20,000 bases of DNA, taken from IMG/VR virus record IMGVR_UViG_3300025277_000015. One strand, 5' to 3'. The DNA comes from an uncultured virus (IMG/VR IMGVR_UViG_3300025277_000015) (Duplodnaviria; Heunggongvirae; Uroviricota; Caudoviricetes). Below the pieces are notes generated by a model that did no database searches, was not told the DNA's origin, and worked only from the letters and a program-made list of their open reading frames with translations. Of the stretch, positions 14,540-20,000 are shown piece after piece. How positions within the stretch are numbered: the stretch's first letter is position 1; each line of letters opens with the position of its first letter. The translations under genes and the position numbers were made by a program.

Positions 14540-17500
14540 ATGTTTATAGCAAATGCTATCGGCGATGTTTTTGAGTTTGTAATAGGCGCAGTAGAAGACG
14601 TTGGTTCTTTTGTTGTTGAAGAAATTATACAGCCTGTAGCGACTGCAGTTAGCGACGTTGTAGAAGCCGTAATAGATGACCCCATTGCCACTATTGCTAC
14701 TATTGCAGCTACAATAACTCCAGGAATGCAGTGGGCTGTTCCCCTTATAAATGCAGCAGACACACTTGCAAAAGGCGGTAATATTGGCGATGTACTTAAG
14801 TCTGCGGCGTTAGGGTATATTGCACCAAAAGCAGGTAGTTATGTTTCTGAAGCTATTACAGGCGCAACAGGTAATATTCTTGGCGCTGGTGTAAAAGGGG
14901 CGATACAAGGAGGCGATTTAAGGAGTGCATTATTGGGGGGTGCGACTGCCGAAATAGCTTCTGCTGCTACAAATGTTATAAAAGATAACCTTCCTTCTGG
15001 AGACTTTGGGCAGTTTACTTTTAACGAAACCACTGAAAACGCTCTTAACAAAGGAATTAAAGCTTATATAGACGCAGGGGGAGATATTAGCGAAGCTGCA
15101 GTGGTAGCAACAACAGCGACGGTATCAGGACTTCTTAAAGAAAACAGCAACTTTAACGGTGATATTACCGATGGACTTGTAAACGCCACTGTTGCTGCTC
15201 TTAAAGGAGGCGACGCTTTAGGTGCGTTTAATAGTACTCTAAATGCTGCAGGGGTCAAAGACCTAAACGCAAAGATTGATGAGTTAATATTACCCCCACA
15301 AACTAAATTTTACGATGTAAATGGTGGGGAACACAGCTCCGCAGACGGTGCAAACGCAGCAAACAAAGACGCTTTAGATGCTTATAATACAGCGTCTGAT
15401 AACTATAAAAGTGCTGTAAAAGCAAAAAAACAAGCCAAAGGCATGATAGTAGATAGCGGCGACGCTTTCCGAGCAAAAAATGCAGCTTTATCTGCAGCAG
15501 ATTCGGCTATGAATAGTGCTACAGCGGCTATGGACAACTACAAAAACGCTGTAACAAACCGCGTAGATTTAGGCCTAAACGATGCTCATACAAAAGAACG
15601 TAATGATGAAGCAATCAGGCTTAAGAATGAAAAAGATGACGCAGCCGCAGACGCACGTATTATAGCTTTAGCAGATGCTAAAACAGAAGCCGAAGGATTT
15701 ATTGGTGAATATGACGAAATTAATGAAGAACTAATTGCTAAAGCAAAAGAAGCGGAAGAGGCTAGAGTAGCGGAAGAGGCTAGAGTAGCGGAAGAGGCTA
15801 GAGTAGCAGAAGAAGCTAGAGTAGCGGAAGAGGCTAGAGTAGCGGAAGAGGCTAGAGTAGCAGAAGAAGCAGAAAAGGTTAGATTAGCTGAAGAAAAAGC
15901 TGAAGCTACTCGTTTAAAAACTGAAGCTGAAGAAGCAGAAAAGGTTAGACTAGCGGAAGAAGCAGAAAAGGTTAGACTAGCGGAAGAAGCAGAAAAGGCT
16001 ACCACTGCTGAAGAAGAACTAGCTAGTTTAGGTATATCAGACGCAGATCCTATAGAAACAGACAGTGGATTTGTAGATGAAAGGGAGTTTACTGACGTAG
16101 CTTCTATAGGCGATCTAACAGATATAATTTCAAAACCTGAAGAAGAAACAGATGATATTGAAGACATATTATCTTTATATGATGACACAGAAGCAGGAGA
16201 TTTTGTTGGAGCCGAAGATGCAGTTGATGTGGCAGAAGAAAAAGATACTTCCTACCTAGCGGATTACGAACCTGTAACTATAGATACTCCAATAGATAGG
16301 CGAAGAGCAGAAGACGAATTTGACCGTATTATCGCTGAAGGCGGTGCGATAGACTACGTTGGAGCTAACGCAACTTCAAAACAAGCAAAAGCGTTATTGG
16401 CTCCTAAAGTGTCTGAATTAATGCAAGTTGGTATAAACCACGCTAGAGACCTTGGTTATAATATAAGTTCGGGGTTTTTAGAAGAGGCAGCATTAAGCGC
16501 TGCAGGTTTAGGTAAAAATGCAGATGAATTTATTGAATTTCTCGATGGACACGACGATTATTTAATTGGTGGTTGGTCTGCTAATGACAATACCTACGGA
16601 CTTACTGACGAAGATATGGCAAGTATAAGCATGTATAGCATGTCTTCGTACCCTAAAGGAGCTGGAATTGGCCCTGACACCACTAATTTAGATGCTATAA
16701 GCGCTGCTGAACTTGCTAATGAAAGTTATGAAAGCGTACTTACTGGAACAGATGTACTTAATCCTAATTACGTCCAATATACCTTTGGCACAGAAACTAT
16801 GCAAGGCGTTGCTGACTACTTAAGTAACTGGTCTAAAAGCCAAGACGCTAAAATTTCAGACGAGATGCGTGTACGCCAACATTACGCTTTACCCGCAGAG
16901 GGTACAACAATAGAGCAGATAGTAAATGGCACTGCGTTAGATATGGCAGGGCGTCCTTACGGAACTGATAAAATAGCCACAGCGATGACTGGTGCTCAAG
17001 AAGTAGGAGATATTTTTCTTGATCTTGGTTTGATGGCTATCCCGTTTGTAGGTGTTCCCATAGCTTATGGCATATCTCAATCAGCAGCGTCAGAAGCGGC
17101 TAGACAAGATATAGATAGAGCTATTAATACTGCTTTAGAAAATGGTACTTTAGAGAACGATCCTGGGTATCAAGCTCTATTAAAAATCTACAATGGAGAT
17201 GAAACTGAAGCTATCAACCGTTTAAAAGATAGGGCTGAAAAATACGCGTTTGCTGCAGGTAATGTTGGCGCTGTAGCTGATTTAGCAGTCGCAAAAATGG
17301 CGGCTGTTTCTGGTGTAAAAAGCGTTGTTAATTCTATTTCTCCTAAATTTGCAAAATTAATCGGCTTACCTTCTGCTGTTATTACAAATACAGGAGTTGA
17401 GGGTGTAGGGGAAGGCATAGAAACATATTTAGCTAACAAAGCAACAGAATACTTGGGTACAGATCCTAACGAAGGCGTTGGTGGAGCCGTGTTATTGGGA

Positions 17501-19729
17501 GCTGCAGGAGGAGCTGCAGGTACAACAACAGCAGTTGGTACGTTAACTCCAGGAACTGCATTATACAACTTAATAACAAAAGGTGCAGGTAACTCAATAG
17601 TTAAAGGTGATGTATTTGTAGATAATGAAGGAAATTTTAGCACCTCTCCTGAAGGAACCTCAGAATATGTAGGATCAGCTTTTGTCCCTAATTTTGCCAA
17701 TGAGTTTGAAGATGCAAAATCGGTTTCTGATTATACTGAGGCTGAAACAGAAATTGATACAGCAGAAACTACGTTCGCTGATTTAGAGGCAACGGGAGAG
17801 ATACCTAAAGGTATAACAGAAGATACTGTAATAGAAAATGTTATAGAAAACCTTGAAGGTGAAACAGGGGATACACTTACAGGTACAGATACAGATACAA
17901 CAGAAACAATAGATGATACGTTTACTACGTTAGAAGAAGCAGGAGTGTCGCCTGCAGAGTTTGCAAGAAATGAAAATTTCAACGATATAATGTCGTTAAA
18001 TACACAAGCAAACCCAGAATTTAGAGCTATTTTTGAAGCGATGACGGGCAATGATGCAACTGATGAAACCATAGCTAATACTCCAAACGATACGTGGAAA
18101 AGTATTCTTACTCGTGCAGAAAATAACAAAACTTTAGACACTAGCACTGTAAATAATTATAAAGCTCAATTAGATGTAACACCTGCTGACGAGTTTGTAG
18201 GTACAGGTACAGACGTTACAGATGTTATAGAAAACCTTGAAGGTGAGACAGGGGATACACCTACAGGAATAACAGGCTTTACAACTGCTAAAGGTTCTAC
18301 TTACGAATTAACGTCTGATTCTACAACTGAAAGGACTCGTGCAGCCCGTGACGATACCGAAGAATCGGGGCTTCAACCTCGTAGCGGTAAAACTGTTTAC
18401 ATGAATGAAAATGATAAAACAACTATTGGTAGTATATTTCAATCAGGAATACCCGTACAATTTATCCCCGACACCACAAATAATACAGCAAAACTAGTTC
18501 ATTTAGATAGTTATGGCCCCCTAAACGCTGGTGACGACGCTTCTGAAACTGTTGATTTTTCTCTTACTCCAGAGGTAGGGTTGTACCCTGTGGAAATTTA
18601 TGACTCAAACAACTCAGATATTCGCAATGTGCATTTTGGCAGTGAGATTGTAGGTTTAAATACCGCAGAAGATGCGTTCGTTGATTTAGAGGCAACAGGA
18701 GAGATACCCGCAGGTGAAACAACTAAAACAAGTTATGACATAGCAACTGACCCATTTGATGCAGATGGTTTCTTCGGTGACCCCAGACGTACGCGGCAAG
18801 ATTTAGTCTTTGATACTGAAACAGGAACTTACTCTGCTTTTGGCGAGATAGCTACAGGTACAGACGTTACAGGTACAGACGTTACAGATGTTATAGAAAA
18901 CCTTGAAGGTGAGACAGGGGATACACCTACAGGTACAGACGTTACAGGTACAGAAACAACAGGTGCAGATGTTACAGATGTTATAAATACGATTGCAGGT
19001 ACAGATACAGGTACAGATACTACAGTTGTCACGCCCTATACTGATACCACAGTAGGCACTACAGATGTTACTCCTAATGACGTTGTAGCTATTCTTGGCG
19101 GGGATACTAACAATGTAACAGATGCAGATATAAATGCCGTTGAAGAAGTTGTAAACATTATAAAGTCTGAGGTAGACGCTAACACAGATACAACGACAGA
19201 TACGATTGTAGACACAGCTACGGATATAGCTACTGATACCGTTACCGATACAACAGTCACCATACCAGAAGAAGAAAGAAGAAGGCGGTTAAAACGCAGA
19301 AAAGAACAGCAACGTCGTGATTTAGAGAGTGATAAAACTCGTGATCTAAATCTTGCTCAAATTGATTATTTGTTTGATATAAGCGGGCGTAATATTTTTG
19401 CTACTCCTGATCAAGAACGACGGTATGCAGGTAGTAGAGTTTATGCTCTTCCAGATATAAATGAAATGGTTGGTACGGGAGAGGAAGTTACGCCTCAATC
19501 CACGCAAGACATTAATCAAGACAATTTTTTACAGTTAATTGCCGCTGCAGACATGAACCCAGACATATTAAATCAAGAAACTGATCAATTAGGTAACCTA
19601 GTAGATTTATTTTCAGTGGACGAATCGGAAAAATTAGGTATAACTAGTCCATATGTAAGGCAAACTGCTGAAAGTTCCGACGAAACAACAGATAGAATAC
19701 TACAATTATACAACAGGGCTAAAGTTTGA
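14540..19729 (+). CDS. Giant acidic protein, probable internal virion/DNA-ejection protein
   Basis: 1729 aa with AGGAG RBS. Gly/Ala-rich helical N-terminus, coiled coil with tandem repeats, internal hydrophobic segments (IFLDLGLMAIPFVGVPIAYGI; GVGGAVLLGAAGGAAG) and a T/D-rich tail. Located after the tail hub gene, as ejection genes are in podoviruses. Confidence 0.7.
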   Translation: MFIANAIGDVFEFVIGAVEDVGSFVVEEIIQPVATAVSDVVEAVIDDPIATIATIAATITPGMQWAVPLINAADTLAKGGNIGDVLKSAALGYIAPKAGSYVSEAITGATGNILGAGVKGAIQGGDLRSALLGGATAEIASAATNVIKDNLPSGDFGQFTFNETTENALNKGIKAYIDAGGDISEAAVVATTATVSGLLKENSNFNGDITDGLVNATVAALKGGDALGAFNSTLNAAGVKDLNAKIDELILPPQTKFYDVNGGEHSSADGANAANKDALDAYNTASDNYKSAVKAKKQAKGMIVDSGDAFRAKNAALSAADSAMNSATAAMDNYKNAVTNRVDLGLNDAHTKERNDEAIRLKNEKDDAAADARIIALADAKTEAEGFIGEYDEINEELIAKAKEAEEARVAEEARVAEEARVAEEARVAEEARVAEEARVAEEAEKVRLAEEKAEATRLKTEAEEAEKVRLAEEAEKVRLAEEAEKATTAEEELASLGISDADPIETDSGFVDEREFTDVASIGDLTDIISKPEEETDDIEDILSLYDDTEAGDFVGAEDAVDVAEEKDTSYLADYEPVTIDTPIDRRRAEDEFDRIIAEGGAIDYVGANATSKQAKALLAPKVSELMQVGINHARDLGYNISSGFLEEAALSAAGLGKNADEFIEFLDGHDDYLIGGWSANDNTYGLTDEDMASISMYSMSSYPKGAGIGPDTTNLDAISAAELANESYESVLTGTDVLNPNYVQYTFGTETMQGVADYLSNWSKSQDAKISDEMRVRQHYALPAEGTTIEQIVNGTALDMAGRPYGTDKIATAMTGAQEVGDIFLDLGLMAIPFVGVPIAYGISQSAASEAARQDIDRAINTALENGTLENDPGYQALLKIYNGDETEAINRLKDRAEKYAFAAGNVGAVADLAVAKMAAVSGVKSVVNSISPKFAKLIGLPSAVITNTGVEGVGEGIETYLANKATEYLGTDPNEGVGGAVLLGAAGGAAGTTTAVGTLTPGTALYNLITKGAGNSIVKGDVFVDNEGNFSTSPEGTSEYVGSAFVPNFANEFEDAKSVSDYTEAETEIDTAETTFADLEATGEIPKGITEDTVIENVIENLEGETGDTLTGTDTDTTETIDDTFTTLEEAGVSPAEFARNENFNDIMSLNTQANPEFRAIFEAMTGNDATDETIANTPNDTWKSILTRAENNKTLDTSTVNNYKAQLDVTPADEFVGTGTDVTDVIENLEGETGDTPTGITGFTTAKGSTYELTSDSTTERTRAARDDTEESGLQPRSGKTVYMNENDKTTIGSIFQSGIPVQFIPDTTNNTAKLVHLDSYGPLNAGDDASETVDFSLTPEVGLYPVEIYDSNNSDIRNVHFGSEIVGLNTAEDAFVDLEATGEIPAGETTKTSYDIATDPFDADGFFGDPRRTRQDLVFDTETGTYSAFGEIATGTDVTGTDVTDVIENLEGETGDTPTGTDVTGTETTGADVTDVINTIAGTDTGTDTTVVTPYTDTTVGTTDVTPNDVVAILGGDTNNVTDADINAVEEVVNIIKSEVDANTDTTTDTIVDTATDIATDTVTDTTVTIPEEERRRRLKRRKEQQRRDLESDKTRDLNLAQIDYLFDISGRNIFATPDQERRYAGSRVYALPDINEMVGTGEEVTPQSTQDINQDNFLQLIAAADMNPDILNQETDQLGNLVDLFSVDESEKLGITSPYVRQTAESSDETTDRILQLYNRAKV
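15752..15859 (+). repeat. 18-bp coding tandem repeat x6 (AEEARV)
   Basis: GCGGAAGAGGCTAGAGTA x5 plus one synonymous variant, GCAGAAGAAGCTAGAGTA, as the fourth copy. Confidence 0.97.
15860..15997 (+). repeat. 27-bp coding repeat (AEEAEKVRL)
   Basis: Copies at 15860-15886, 15926-15952 and 15953-15979, plus a partial copy at 15980-15997. Confidence 0.92.
18202..18933 (+). repeat. Perfect 66-bp direct repeats (18202-18267 and 18868-18933)
   Basis: TACAGGTACAGACGTTACAGATGTTATAGAAAACCTTGAAGGTGAGACAGGGGATACACCTACAGG occurs twice, 666 bp apart. A shorter, slightly diverged copy lies at ~17838-17890. Confidence 0.95.
18853..19262 (+). repeat. Thr/Asp/Gly/Val low-complexity region (TGTDV-type units)
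   Basis: Repeated 15-bp ACAGGTACAGACGTT units and DT-rich degenerate repeats. Confidence 0.85.
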
Positions 19730-19751
19730 TGTATAAAAATGGAGATAGATA

Positions 19752-20000
19752 ATGAGTTTTTTTGGTGATATATGGAATTTTGTTTCAGGAACTGGGACTG
19801 GCACTGAAGATAATACTTTATTTAAGAGTGTATTTTATGATGATAAAGGCGAAATAGATTACGCTAAAACTGCAGGGATACTTGGAGCTATAGGCGGTGC
19901 AACAGGTGTGCTTGGTAGTGGAACTCCACCTCCTGTAGGTTATCAAGGAGAAATACCTAAGTACCGAGCTACAAGATCTCGTGTTGGTGGTACATATGAC
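19752..20000 (+). CDS. 5' part of the next gene, probable internal virion protein (partial)
   Basis: GGAG at 19741-19744 and ATG at 19752. Open to the window end: MSFFGDIWNFVSG...AGILGAIGGATGVLG...PVGYQGEIPKY. Confidence 0.78.
   Translation, partial: MSFFGDIWNFVSGTGTGTEDNTLFKSVFYDDKGEIDYAKTAGILGAIGGATGVLGSGTPPPVGYQGEIPKYRATRSRVGGTYD

Noticed and set aside
15752..15997. Tandem repeats as a possible CRISPR array
   Set aside because: No unique spacers; unit lengths are multiples of 3 and encode an in-frame peptide repeat.
18202..18933. Repeat-flanked segment as an IS element or intein
   Set aside because: No transposase, no terminal inverted repeats, and no intein C/S...HN splice motifs.
14839..19263. 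Minus-strand ORFs within the giant gene, including the SSATLA-repeat ORF at 15586-16188
   Set aside because: They mirror the + strand repeats and show no independent coding evidence.

Overview
All real genes in this 20 kb window lie on the + strand and form a densely packed virion-morphogenesis and lysis region of a tailed dsDNA phage. A podovirus-like marine phage is my inference from gene content and strongly acidic proteins; no host can be proven from the sequence. In order: the 3' end of a structural gene; a 1665-aa repeat-rich tail fibre with a C-terminal S74-type intramolecular chaperone; a small gene and an internally deleted paralog of it flanking a 2OG-Fe(II) oxygenase; two small genes; and a six-gene block (6602-9885) of predicted exported or membrane proteins. 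Then come a lysis cassette (EF-hand membrane protein, 3TM holin, GH108 endolysin, small 2-TM protein), a P22 gp10-like tail hub protein, three small genes, a 1729-aa acidic repeat-containing probable ejection protein, and the start of the next gene. The most unusual element is the six-gene block. It contains a pilin-like protein, a chaperone-like Ig domain and a beta-hairpin lipoprotein, and may be a phage-encoded host-envelope or fimbria-like assembly. This reading is inference from motifs and needs structure prediction. No RNA genes, CRISPR arrays or mobile elements were seen.
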